64,000 nt of DNA from Basidiobolus meristosporus CBS 931.73 (Eukaryota; Fungi; Basidiobolomycota): the NCBI GenBank assembly GCA_002104905.1, contig MCFE01000243.1, positions 1 through 64,000 on the forward strand, given 5' to 3'. A program made the position numbers and the translations under genes. Within the stretch, counting starts at the first letter, position 1. Every line of letters begins with the position of its first letter. Below the pieces are notes generated by a model. That model was not told the origin of the DNA, ran no database searches, and worked only from the letters and a program-made list of their open reading frames with translations. Below are positions 38,051 to 49,570 of this stretch, in pieces.

Positions 38051-38779
38051 GTAGCACTATTTTGTCACATTTTTTCAATACTCATGTGATATTAAGACAT
38101 TCTTGTATTTTAGATGTTGCATCTACATGAATGTAAAATTTGCTGATGACCCACCATAGTAAGCTTCATAAATAGAATTGTGGCACCACATACACCCATA
38201 TAAAACTATCTCCCCATTGGTTTGACTCACCTTCATATATATAGTGCAAAAAACAAAGCAAAATTGTCAGGTTCCCAAGCTAACTATACTGCTAATGGCA
38301 GTGGAAAGGCACTTCAACAACAGCATACTTTATAATCCTGTGCTACAGTTGGGGCTACATGCAGAATAGACCATGTTGACAGTGTGCCCACTGAAGGTAA
38401 TAAAGCAGACTCTGCCAGCTCATACCAAAGCTTTAATGAGGCAATTGGGTGCAGTGGTTAATAGGATAGGTGCTATGTACTAAAGAAATCAGGAAGTCGT
38501 TCAGAGATAGGATGAGAAGATATTAGACTTCTTCTATTACACCATGCATGGGTATGTATAATCTATGGTTGTTGATTTTAGTAACTGGACAAGGTGTTAT
38601 AGCTAGTTGATAATTCATCATTAATCTGCAAAACATATCAAATAGCTGCACTTATGTTCCATGTGACGTTCAAGTATACAGGGTGAACACTCATAGAGGT
38701 TCTCTTTCAGATGTGAGACAACCTTTATATTACTTACAGCAAAATCTTATATATCAATGGTGTGCAATGATCTGGTTTG

Positions 38780-39990
38780 GATTGCAAAAAAAGAATGTAT
38801 CAGTTGGATCATGACATATGATAGCAATTTGGTGCAATTGCATCATCTCTCCTAGTTTTTTTCTTACAGGGATTACTGCTGCTGCATTTAGCAGTAATTC
38901 ACTTTGCATACCTATACTACTTCCTTGTTGATCATCATCTTTGCTACTTGTGTACTTGTAGTTAGTCTTTTGCCTCCTGGTTGATGAGTGAATAAGCAGC
39001 TCTCCAAAAATAACTTGCTGATGGTCAGGTGTAATGGCATATGCAGTCACAAGATGATGCATTGACATGGCCCTTTTGCTGAGTCCAATGTGACACCACA
39101 TGTATATGTGACTTGGCCCACTCCAGTGGACTGGTGTCTAATCAATCTGTTTAGCAAGCTTTAAGAAATACACTCTACACCACATGCACCAACTTAATGT
39201 ATATTAACTTGGTGTGTAGCACTCTGGTGAAGGATGTTGGCATATGTTGGACCAACCTACACCAGCACACTTGTATTGCAACACTTGTTAAGGAATTTAG
39301 CAAGGTTTGATGGCACAATCTCAATGCAGTAGCCCATAGTATGTATTCTCCCCCTTGCAGCTCACCTTCTGATTCCTTAAGGTGCTCACTTACTCTCTGT
39401 CTGGTACTTTATAACCATTGCCTTTATGAGTGCTGTGTATATTGCTCTTGGAAGCAACTTGTCACTACAAATATAACATGCAGTACACCAGTCATTTGAG
39501 GCCAAAATTCATTTGATTATCCTTGGTTCCCACAGTTGAGGTGCAAAAAGACACATCTGGTCTGTACTATGCATATTACACCCATAATCACTTACATGCA
39601 GCTTCCTCCTTGAATTCCTTCACTCTCAGCTCATTCTTGATTTCATTACTTATCATTTGATCTGTCTTTTTATATATATCTGCAGCCAGCTTGATGTAAC
39701 ACATGCCACAGCATTCTACTAAAATTCTGCTATCTCTGTCAACTCTTTGAGGTAACCAGTACTGCTAGATTAGTGTGTGTTGCCTAAGTATCTATATTAA
39801 GGCTCATGATTGACACATTGGCTATACTAACATCAATTGGCAACAACTTGAATGGTTCCAACATTGACTTTTCTGGTCTGGACCATGCTTGTAAGCTGGG
39901 GGATTGCCTTGTTGATGTTATACTAAAGGTAAGTTGAGACCTGATATAGAGACCAAAGTGACAGATACAGATACCTATACTGTAGTCCCT
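38780..39990 (-). pseudogene. Heavily decayed copy of the PHIS partner ORF
   Basis: Colinear with 47040-48330; CpGs replaced by TG/CA. Confidence 0.8.
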
Positions 39991-40129
39991 ATAGGCAACA
40001 ATGGTGATGATTCTGTAAAATGACCATCACATAATTGAAGTCCTGTGACTGCATGCTATTGCTTGCTTCAAAACATTGTTCAAAGACCATCAAGAAGTAT
40101 TAGTACCCCAGAGCTCACAAAAATCTTAG

Positions 40130-41850
40130 TCAAAATTTCTCATTACAACTGTGCATAAGTGGGTTTTGATTGGGCCTCAGCAAACTCTCTCACTTTCTAA
40201 TTCCAGACACTGCATCACATTCTGCATTTGTGTACATGGATTGGCTATTGCCTCTTTTTCACACTTCTTACTTCCTGACTCTACTGATTCTCCTACTTTC
40301 CATGCACACAAATTAAATTCCTTCTATTTAAACTTCAGTTGTACCTCAATCACTAATTGTATTGACCTATACAAGTCCCAACACCCAATACCAACATTGA
40401 GCTCAACCCCACAGTCAGCATGTTGCCCCATTAAAAAACACCACTCAATTAGTTTTTCAGCAAAAATACTCTTTTTCCATGATTTTGGCAGTAATCCTAT
40501 GGCTTTATGCCACTGTTCATTTACTGGTTCCCCTACATCCTGGTCTTCAGCTGGCACTGAAAAGTCAAGCACATCACCTGCCAGTCTTTGCAATATATTT
40601 GTGCAATATTAATGTGCATTCTCTTGAGCACAGCTCTTGAGGAAGTGGTGCAACTACTTGCTGTGGCTGTTGTTGCCCCAGAACATTACTGTAGACATTG
40701 CAATCATCTTTTAAGTTCTTGACACTGTTGCTTTCTCTGTCAGTAGGATATGCACTCTGTTGACAATAGAGAATATGGAGGCAGAAGTATATAAATTGAC
40801 TTGCTCTGTAAACCCATCAATCTCACTGGGGTGTTGCTTAACTGGCTGCACTTTGCACTGTTGAGAAACAGTGTTTGTCTTGTTGGTATTTCTTCTTGAC
40901 CATGATGGCATCTAGTCTGTTTGGGGCTGATGGCTTTAATTGGGAAGAACTAGAGCTTTTCTCATACTTTCCTGTCTCTGGCTTGGGTACACTTTTTCAT
41001 CTTTGACTTTACCTTTATCACTGCCAAGTCTTTTACTGCTACATTGACTGAGTACTCCCAGTATTGTACTTTTTCTTCTTGATGATTGTTGCAGTGTTGA
41101 ATCTGCTGTTGCCAGCTTGTCCCTTGCTAGCATTCTCATGACAACATGTCATTCTTTGTGGCTTGTTTGAAATATTTAGTCCTGCTTGTAATAGGTTCCT
41201 GAGAAAGCTGCAGGCTTTTGCTACAGTTGAGTCCTTTGCTACTACAGTGACTGAGTGTCTGTTATGTTAAACCACATCTCTTCTTAAGAAATTCTGTGCT
41301 GATGCATCTGTTTTTGCTGGCTTGTCCCTTACTGCCACTCTTTTATCTATCTGACATTTCTTTGCTGCTTATTTGGAGCTTTCAGTCCTGCTTGTGACAT
41401 GCACTTGAGTAAACTGCTGGTTTTAGCCTAGGCATCCTCTTTCCTCAGACTTTGATAGTTTCTGCTATTCTTGAGATACTTTTCTGACATACCAATGCTG
41501 GCCCAAAATCCATTTGTCTACTGGAATCCGGATAATGCTCATGTAAGAGGTCAAGCATATTCTGCTTGACCTTAAGTTCCTGATGGTCCCATGGTATATC
41601 AGCCTAAAGGTGATGCTGTGATAAACTTCTAAGGGCTTCCTGAATATTTCCCCCCTCTTCAGCATTGCACTCAATGGCTTCACAGATCTTCAATATCATG
41701 TAACTCTTAGGCTTTGGTATAAACACCACAGCCTCTGTCTTCTATGCTGTGATAGGCTTTTCTGTGGGCTTTATCTTTGGGCATTATTGTGGTGTAGACT
41801 GTACAATGATCCCCTGCTGTTACATCAGGAAAAGGCAGAATTCTTGGCTG
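40130..41850 (-). pseudogene. ORF-X copy of the CMC-like family
   Basis: Fragments 40324-40593, 40711-40911 and 41465-41683 are colinear with 7900-9430. Confidence 0.7.
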
Positions 41851-41859
41851 TGACATTTC

Positions 41860-43180
41860 ATTTAACAACTATTTATGATGATATATTCAAAAGGCCATCA
41901 TCAATTAAAACCTTGTGACTAAGATGTACTCATCCAATCAGGACATTGTGCAAAAACTAACAAAAAGTACTCTCACTCCAGGTTTCACAAAACACTTGAT
42001 CAAAACTTTTCCTCACAATAATATATAAGTAACTTTAGATTTGTCCTCAGCCAATTTTCATATTTTCTGATTCCAGACACACATTCACTTCCAACATCTG
42101 TGTACATGGATTGGCTATTGCCTCTTTTTCACACTCCTTACTTCCTGAATCATTTGATTATCTTACTTTTTGTGCATACATATTGATTTACTTCCATTTA
42201 AGCTTCAGTTGTGCCTCAATTACCATTTGTATTGGCCTACACAAGTCACTATTCCCTACACAAATATTAAGCCAACCCCACACTCAACAAATAACTCCTT
42301 TAAAACTTACTAATCAATAAGTATATCCACCAAATCACCCTTTTCCCATGACTTTGGCTGGAACCCTACAGCTTTATGGCACTGTTCATTCACTGGTTAC
42401 TATTTGTCCAGGTCTTCAGCCACCACTCTAAGATCTAGCACCTCATCTGCCAGCTTTTACAATAAATCATTGCAATTTTCAAGTGCATATTCTTGATCTC
42501 TTCTCCTAAAGAAGTGCTGCAACCTCTTGGTGTGCCTATTGCTGTTCCAAAATTCCACTTTAGGCATAATGTTGGTCTTTTGAGTTCTTGACACTGTTGC
42601 CTTGTCTGTCAGTTGGATATCAACTTTGTCTACAACTGAGAATGTGGAGGCAATGGTAGATAAAGTGCTACCCTTTGCAAACTCATCTACCCCACTGGAG
42701 TGTAGCTCAACTGGCTGAACTTCCAGCTCTTTATACAATAGCTTTTGTCTTGTTGTTAATTATCTTGGCTATGAAGGGGCTATGGAAAAATATGCTAAGG
42801 ATACTTTATGGAGTCAAGTGAGCCCAGTAATCCATCTACTGGTGAATGATATGATGTTGTGGCTAGAGAAGTGGTGCATTTCTGCTAATATCAGTAATGG
42901 GGGCATTGAGGATTTACTACTCCTTCTTGCTAAAATCATCACAGGATGCAACTTATCATGTACATGATACAAGTGGACACCATTCAGTATGGAACTCACA
43001 CAAACAAGAGCCAGAGTGCACCTATAAGGGGGACTAGAATCCAGCAGGGAGAAGTAATATATTGCCCAAATACCCAGAAGTTCATTGCAGATATTCACAA
43101 GGTATTCATGGCAAAAGTGGTGGCAACCAAATAGATATTTGCAAGATATATATGTTTCCATCAATACAATGTTTATGGAT
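41860..43180. mobile_element. Internally deleted CMC-like copy: ORF-X (minus) joined to a transposase 5' fragment (plus, 42776-43180)
   Basis: ttatcttggctatga (ORF-X) is followed within ~20 bp by aaggatactttatggagtcaagtgagcc, which matches ~10010. Confidence 0.7.
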
Positions 43181-43299
43181 ACTTTGCAAACATGACACTG
43201 AAAAGCCATAAAGCTGAGGTAAGAGAAGTGGCCAATTGCAGTGGGTGTGCACATATATAGAGGTTATTAAGCAGGAGGCTATAGTATTTTTGGATTAAA

Positions 43300-45559
43300 A
43301 CTGTATGTGAAATACCCCAGGTGGTATTGGGTAAGCTAATAAAGAGTGCCAGTAAGGCACAAGCAGGCAAAAATAAATGCATCAGTGCAGCATTTTTTAA
43401 GGAAAAACCAAAGCACCACACAAGAAGCATTTGGTCAAAGTAGCAGTCAAAGACCTGGCAGTGATGAAGATAAGGGTAAGAAGTCTACCAAATCCAGAGA
43501 CAGGAAAGCATGAGAAAAAAGCTGCATTTTGCACCAATTAATGCCTTCATCCCAGAGCATGCTGAATCCCATAATAACCAACAAGAATTCCCAAGAAGAT
43601 AATTGTTATTTTCACCAGAGGTGGAGGTGCAGCCAGTAGAGCTACACTCCAGTGAGGTAACTTTCAAAGAAAGGCAATTGGTCTAGCATAGCCTTCACGT
43701 TGTGGTGGTGTGTAAGTCCAAGGGAGAGATACATCCAACACTTCTCAAGTGTTTTGTGTGTGGGGTGTTCACTGGGTGCAATAACCTCTGGCAAAAGCTT
43801 GCTATGAATACTTGGGTTCTGTCTCTAATCTTATGTGAAGGGGAACAAGGCCACAAGCTTGTCAAGGGAAGACTATTGAGCTACAATCCCCAACTTAGTT
43901 GGTGTCTTAACAAAAGCATGTGCTGGGTTCAGTGTCCTTTGAGATGACAATGTACTAAAGCTTCCAAAGTCAAAACAACTGTAAGCTCCACCAGCAGGGA
44001 CTTGATAAGAATGCAGCTGTGGTCAATAGTTACAAAGACAGAAAAGTATCTTTGCCTGTACAAGAGCAAACTTGGGAAAGAATCAAATATAATAAAAGAT
44101 ACCTACTCTGAGTATTCCTCACAAGTAGTGCCTCCAAGGTCAGTTGGCTGTCAGCTGTGGTTTCCTGGGAGTGTCCTGTGGTCTGCGGTTGGAAGTCCAG
44201 GTAGCAGCATGTAGCAGTGAGCACACTAATCAACAAGTTGGTATATTGATAAAAGGAATGATGATGTATTGTTGAGGGATAGCCTCCCTTATATACTTTT
44301 CTCACTGGCTAAGTGATTACTAAGCATGGTATTCCAGAAGGTTCCAGATATCAATAGAAATCTTAATGACATCAGAATGACCTAAGAATGTTCTAAGTAG
44401 GTGCTGGAAGGTTCTAAGAGGCACGGCACATCCAACCAATCAGGAATCAGTATTCTGAAACCTGTGTAACATAGGGATACCATATATGGTATGGAAATGG
44501 TAGGGACGGTGACATGGGTTGATCATGTGTCACAGGTACCTGTGCAGGTACTTGCCTAATATAGAAGCACTTATAGCTAGTAATCTTACATAGAGTGAGG
44601 GGTAACTTATGCAATAAGGTGAGCAGGTGTGATAGTCAACTGGCTTATGGGATAGTACTGATTGGGTAAGACAAATGGGATAAAACTAAAATAAGTGTAG
44701 TAGAGATATAGGGAAGTAGAAAATATGGGAATGAGCACATCTGTTGGTGGGTGCCACTGTCACCCCACTACAACATCCCCCACTGTAGACAGAGTAGAGA
44801 TCCTGTAGATAGACAAAATAACAACATGAGCAATTCAGAGGGCTATTACAATGCCTACAGTGAGGCTTCAAGACATTAATAGGCACACCTAGAGGCTGCA
44901 GCACTTCTTTAAGGGCAGTACTCAAGCAAATACACTTGAATATTGTAGGAGTATATTGCAAAGACTGGCAGATGAGGTGCTAGACTTTGTGGTGCTGGCT
45001 GAAGACCAGAGCATATTGGAGCCAGTAACTGGATAATGGCTTAAAGCTGTAGGGTTCTCACAAATGTTATGAAACAAAGACACTACATCAGATTTACTAA
45101 TTAAATGGTGGATTTTAATGGATTCACATGTTGAGTGTGGGGTTGGGCTGAATACTTGTGCCAGGTATAAGGGCCTGTATAGGACAGTATATTTGGCAAT
45201 TAAGCTAAAACAGAAGTTTCAGTGGAAATAAACCAATCTGTATGCATGAAAAGTAATACATTGTTAAAGTCAGGAAGTAAGGAATGTGAATATGAGGCAA
45301 TAGCCAATCAGTGTACACAAATGTATGAGGTATTTGAGTGTCCAGGATCAGAAAGTGAGAGAATTGGCAGAGAAGCAATTAAAAGCTACTGAGGTATTAT
45401 TGTGACAAAAAGTTTTGACCAAGTTCTTTGTGAAACCTGGGGTGCAATTCTTTCAACAGTCTTTCCACAATATCCTAACAGGCTTAATACCTCTTAGCCA
45501 TGGATTTTAAGCTTTATGATGGCCTTTTGATGGGATCATCATAATTATTTTTCCTAGAG
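43300..45559 (+). mobile_element. CMC-like ORF-X copy with terminus at ~45559, split by a solo LTR
   Basis: Reverse of 7601-8900; ends ggccttttgatgggatcatcataattatttttcctagag. Confidence 0.7.
43701..44775 (-). mobile_element. ~1.07-kb solo LTR (large-LTR family)
   Basis: TG...CA; colinear with 3614-4681; interrupts ORF-X. Confidence 0.8.
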
Positions 45560-47081
45560 CCTTTTCAAAGGATTATCACCAATATTTCTTATAGTGCAAG
45601 TCAAGTTGTAAGCACTGCCATATCCTAATTGCCTCAAGAATGTTATCTTCAAGTTGTTAATGATTGTGATACATTTATATATGGAGGGTTGCCCAGAATA
45701 GCATGGAAGTAGTTGGTACAGATGTGCATGTAAATGTTTGGTTGGAATTCTTGGTGGAAGTAATCAGCAAGTAATACTATATTTGGTGTGAATTCCAGTT
45801 GGTCTATTCTCTCCCTGGAGCCAATGTCTGCTTGTCTGCTATAAAGCTAGTAGCTGAGACATTGACAGTTGTCCCTCTTCAGCTGGTCTTATGACAGTAT
45901 CCTGCTGGCCTTTTGTTGACTTTTAGCCAAGGAATTGATAAGAATGAGGCCCAAGTTGTGTTTGATTCACACTATATGTGTGATGCCCAGAGTACCAGTA
46001 GGAAAGCTAATGAAGAGGTATGATCCCACAGTAAATATAGGAATGGGACAAGGGGAGGTGGAAAACTGAGATACTAATTGGTTGTTGTAAAATTTGTAAT
46101 TCCACCTGGATATTCACCTAACCTAGTCACTTAGATCATTACCTTCAAGTCCTAGAGAATACTGACCAAATTCCTTGTCAGGATTTATTTAGAATATTTT
46201 CACCAAAATATCAGGTACCTAGAACATGAAAATTCTCAAAGTTGTCCAAGCAGCCCCTGACTTTACACACATGTTCTTGGGACCTTCCTTAGTCAACTCT
46301 GTGTGTTTGTAATGCCAAGACCATGTAAAAGTATAAATACTACTTTTACATTAGACTTGTTCCATCGTACCGTGCCAGGGCGTGCGGCGCAATCCGTGGT
46401 TGCAAAGAACAATCAGGCGTGATATTATAGCTACCAGAAGGCAGGATTGTTCTTGGACAATTTCGCACTATGCGGGACAATCTTGCACACTATGGCACAA
46501 TCTGACATGATGAGGTTGGCGCGGATGATTGCGCCAACTTGTAATGCTTGCATCATGTGCGCGATTGGATACCGCTATAATGGCAGGTAAAATCCGGTAT
46601 TTGGATATGTTTCTTTAATGTAAATGGAAATAAATGTGTATCACACTATAAACTACACTGATACTTACCATTTTGGTTACCCTCACTCCAATTGGACAGT
46701 ATCTCAGTGGTTAATTGGTCCAAAAGTATCCTGAAGCTGGCAGCCCCCAATTGGCTCATTGACTACTGAAAAAGCTACCTGATTTGCCATCAAATATCCC
46801 ATTTAGCCCATTGAGCAAGTAAATCCCTGATCCTAGTGATTGGGCAAGGTGTCATAGCTAGCACGCAAGCAATCGTGTAGGTGCAAAACAGATCCAATAG
46901 CTGCACTGGTATTACAGATGACGTATATATATGCAGGGTGTTTATTTATAGGGGTTCTGTCTCAAATGTGAGACGACCTTGATATTACTTATATCAAAAA
47001 TTTGATGATCACTGATTTGCGATAGCTCAATTTGGATCGCAAAAAAAAAGGGTTGTTGGGATCATTACAAATGTGAGCGAT

Positions 47082-48326
47082 TCAAAGCGATTGCATCATC
47101 TTCTCCTGGGTTTTTTTCTCAGGGATTACTACTGAAGCATTTGGTAGTGATTCACTTTGCACACCTATACTACTTCCTGGCTGACTATCATCTTGGCTAC
47201 TTGTGTATTCGTAGTCAGTATTTTGCCTCCTAGTTGATGAGTGCAATGCTGCAGCTTGGCTGCGCTGAATCGCTCCGACTGAACCAACTGAACCGGCTTG
47301 TAGTGCCACGCGCTGACGCGTTCTTTTACTTGCCAAGGGCTCCGGTGGTTGAGTCACTTCATGTTGGTCATCATCAGTCAGTTCACCAGAAGTAACTTGC
47401 TGATGGTCAGGCAAAATGGCACGCGCAGGCGCGCCTTGACGCGTTGAGATGGCCCTTGGCTGAGTTCGATGTGATGCCGCATGTTGACGCGACTTGGTCC
47501 GCTCCAATGGACTTGTGTCTAAATGAGCAGTTTGGCGAGTTCTAGTAGTTTTGCTCTGAAACGCGCGCGTTGACTTGACGCGGGGCATTCTGGTAAAGGG
47601 TGTTGGCGTAGTCTGGACTGACGTGCGCCAGCGCGCTGTGGTTGCAAGAGATGGTAGGGAATCCAGTGAGGCGTGCTGGCGCAATCTGGACAATGTTGCT
47701 TGCGGTCTGTATTCTTCCTCCTGAAGCTCACCATCTGATTCCTCAAGGTATTCACTTACCCTCTGTCTGATACTTTGGAGCTGTTGCCTGGATGAGTCCT
47801 GTGTATATTGCTCTCGGAAGCCACTTAGCTCTACTAATATATCACGTAGTACATTAGTCATTTGAGGCAAAAACTCATTCAAAATCTCTTTGGTTCCCAA
47901 AGTTGAGGCACGAACGGACGCGTCCGGCCCGTACTGTGCAAATTGCACGCGGAATCGTTCCCGCGCGGCTTCCTTGTCAAATCCCCTCACTCTCAGCTCA
48001 TTCTTGATTTCAATACTTGTCTTGTTATATATCTTTTTACATACATCGGCTGGCATCTTGATGTAGAACTCATGCCACAGCTTTCTACTCAAATTCTTCC
48101 ATCTTTGTCGACTCTCTGAGGTATCTAGTTCTGCTAGATTAATCAGTAGTGCCCAAATATCTGTATGAAGGCTCATCATAGACACTTGGGCCATACTAAA
48201 ATCATTTGGCAAGAACTTGAACGGATCCGACATCGACTTTTCCGGTCCGGACCGCGCTTGTGAGCTGGGGGATGGGTTTTGTCTGGGTTGTACTAAAGAT
48301 GAGTTGAGGCTCGGTATGGGGACCAT
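47082..48326 (-). CDS. PHIS partner protein (414 aa), probable Myb/SANT-trihelix (MADF-like) DNA-binding N-terminus plus low-complexity tail
   Basis: RWKNLSRKLWHEFYIKMPADVCKKIYNK fits the W..L...L...F....CK..Y pattern; position divergent to the transposase. Domain call by eye. Confidence 0.7.
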   Translation of the reverse strand: MVPIPSLNSSLVQPRQNPSPSSQARSGPEKSMSDPFKFLPNDFSMAQVSMMSLHTDIWALLINLAELDTSESRQRWKNLSRKLWHEFYIKMPADVCKKIYNKTSIEIKNELRVRGFDKEAARERFRVQFAQYGPDASVRASTLGTKEILNEFLPQMTNVLRDILVELSGFREQYTQDSSRQQLQSIRQRVSEYLEESDGELQEEEYRPQATLSRLRQHASLDSLPSLATTARWRTSVQTTPTPFTRMPRVKSTRAFQSKTTRTRQTAHLDTSPLERTKSRQHAASHRTQPRAISTRQGAPARAILPDHQQVTSGELTDDDQHEVTQPPEPLASKRTRQRVALQAGSVGSVGAIQRSQAAALHSSTRRQNTDYEYTSSQDDSQPGSSIGVQSESLPNASVVIPEKKTQEKMMQSL

Positions 48327-48685
48327 AGCAACGGATTTGGATACTTATACAGCAGTATATTGGCATCAACCTGGTCTTATATGAAATATATATGAAAACT
48401 AAAGTGATTGTTGAATTTTCCATATATTATGCATGATGCATCTTGGATTGCGTTGACACGGATCAGATCACATCAATCGCAGATTTCCTATTTGATTATA
48501 GACCTATGATTAAAGCATCAATAAAAGTACCAAGGCATTGTTTGCGGATGATTTTTGCGACATAATGATGGGATACATGGCAATTGATGGAGATTTAACC
48601 ATAATGTGTTAAAAATCAGATAAATAACGCAGATCGTGCCGAATTGATTCAAACCGCCTCCATACAATCATCCATCAATTTTAAT

Positions 48686-49570
48686 ATGACTTACTCATCT
48701 GAATGGTCTTTTCTCATCAATCCCATCACTACCACTGGATTTCCTTTTGACACACTGGAGGAGATCTATTCCAAGTACTGTGGACCATCAACCCCAATCT
48801 ACTCAAGGAGATCCCTTGTTAAGCTTCTCTGCTATTACAAGAACTATTGCCCTACAAGGTTTCATCCCACCATCCATGGCAACAAAAGTCCTAGAAGCTT
48901 TCATTCCCAGCTGACAGCAATGGAGAACCACCTTGCAGAGGGTATGAATGACTTAGAGCAAGCTTGGAATACTAGGTTCAGAAGCTCCAATAGACTTCCA
49001 TATCCCAGAGTGTTCAGCAACAGGTTCCATATCAGGAGTATTTTGGATACCTTCCCAGTGAGGATTAACAGACCTTCTAGAGGGCAGAGGCACTTTTATT
49101 CTGGCAAGTACAAGGCACACTGTGTGAAGTTTCAAGCACTGTCTGACATTGAGGGTAACATCATCTGGTTTAGTGGGCCATTTGCTGGAAGTAGGCATGA
49201 CAAAGCACTCTGGGTAGAAAATCATCCTGAATTCAGTAGAGGGGAGAAATGTATGGCAGATTTGGCCTATATAGGAGAGGATTGTCAGAGATTAGGATGT
49301 ATTACAGCTTATAGGAAGCCAAGGAATGGTGTGCTTAGCAGGAAGCAGAAGCTCTACAATGAGATATTTAATCATTTCAGAGTAAGGGTAGAGCACACAT
49401 TTGGATATCTGAAGAGATTCAGCATATTGGCAGGTAAATACAGAGGAAAGTCATATATAGGTGAAAACAGCAGAATAGGTAAAATAGTTAAGATACTTAT
49501 TAATGCACAGTATGTTCATACAAGAAGACATCCACTGAGAGAAATGTGTCTGGAGCATTATGAAGAGTAA
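48686..49570 (+). CDS. DDE_Tnp_4 (IS5/Harbinger-type) transposase, 294 aa from the first ATG
   Basis: LDTFPVRINRP, FYSGKYKAHCVKFQ, GPFAGSRHD, MADLAY, RVRVEHTFGYLKRF. Confidence 0.95.
   Translation: MTYSSEWSFLINPITTTGFPFDTLEEIYSKYCGPSTPIYSRRSLVKLLCYYKNYCPTRFHPTIHGNKSPRSFHSQLTAMENHLAEGMNDLEQAWNTRFRSSNRLPYPRVFSNRFHIRSILDTFPVRINRPSRGQRHFYSGKYKAHCVKFQALSDIEGNIIWFSGPFAGSRHDKALWVENHPEFSRGEKCMADLAYIGEDCQRLGCITAYRKPRNGVLSRKQKLYNEIFNHFRVRVEHTFGYLKRFSILAGKYRGKSYIGENSRIGKIVKILINAQYVHTRRHPLREMCLEHYEE

Noticed and set aside
45560-46270. Possible LINE RT relic on the minus strand
   Set aside because: Only faint PLSP/LGI-like hints with no continuous frame; cannot be supported without a search.
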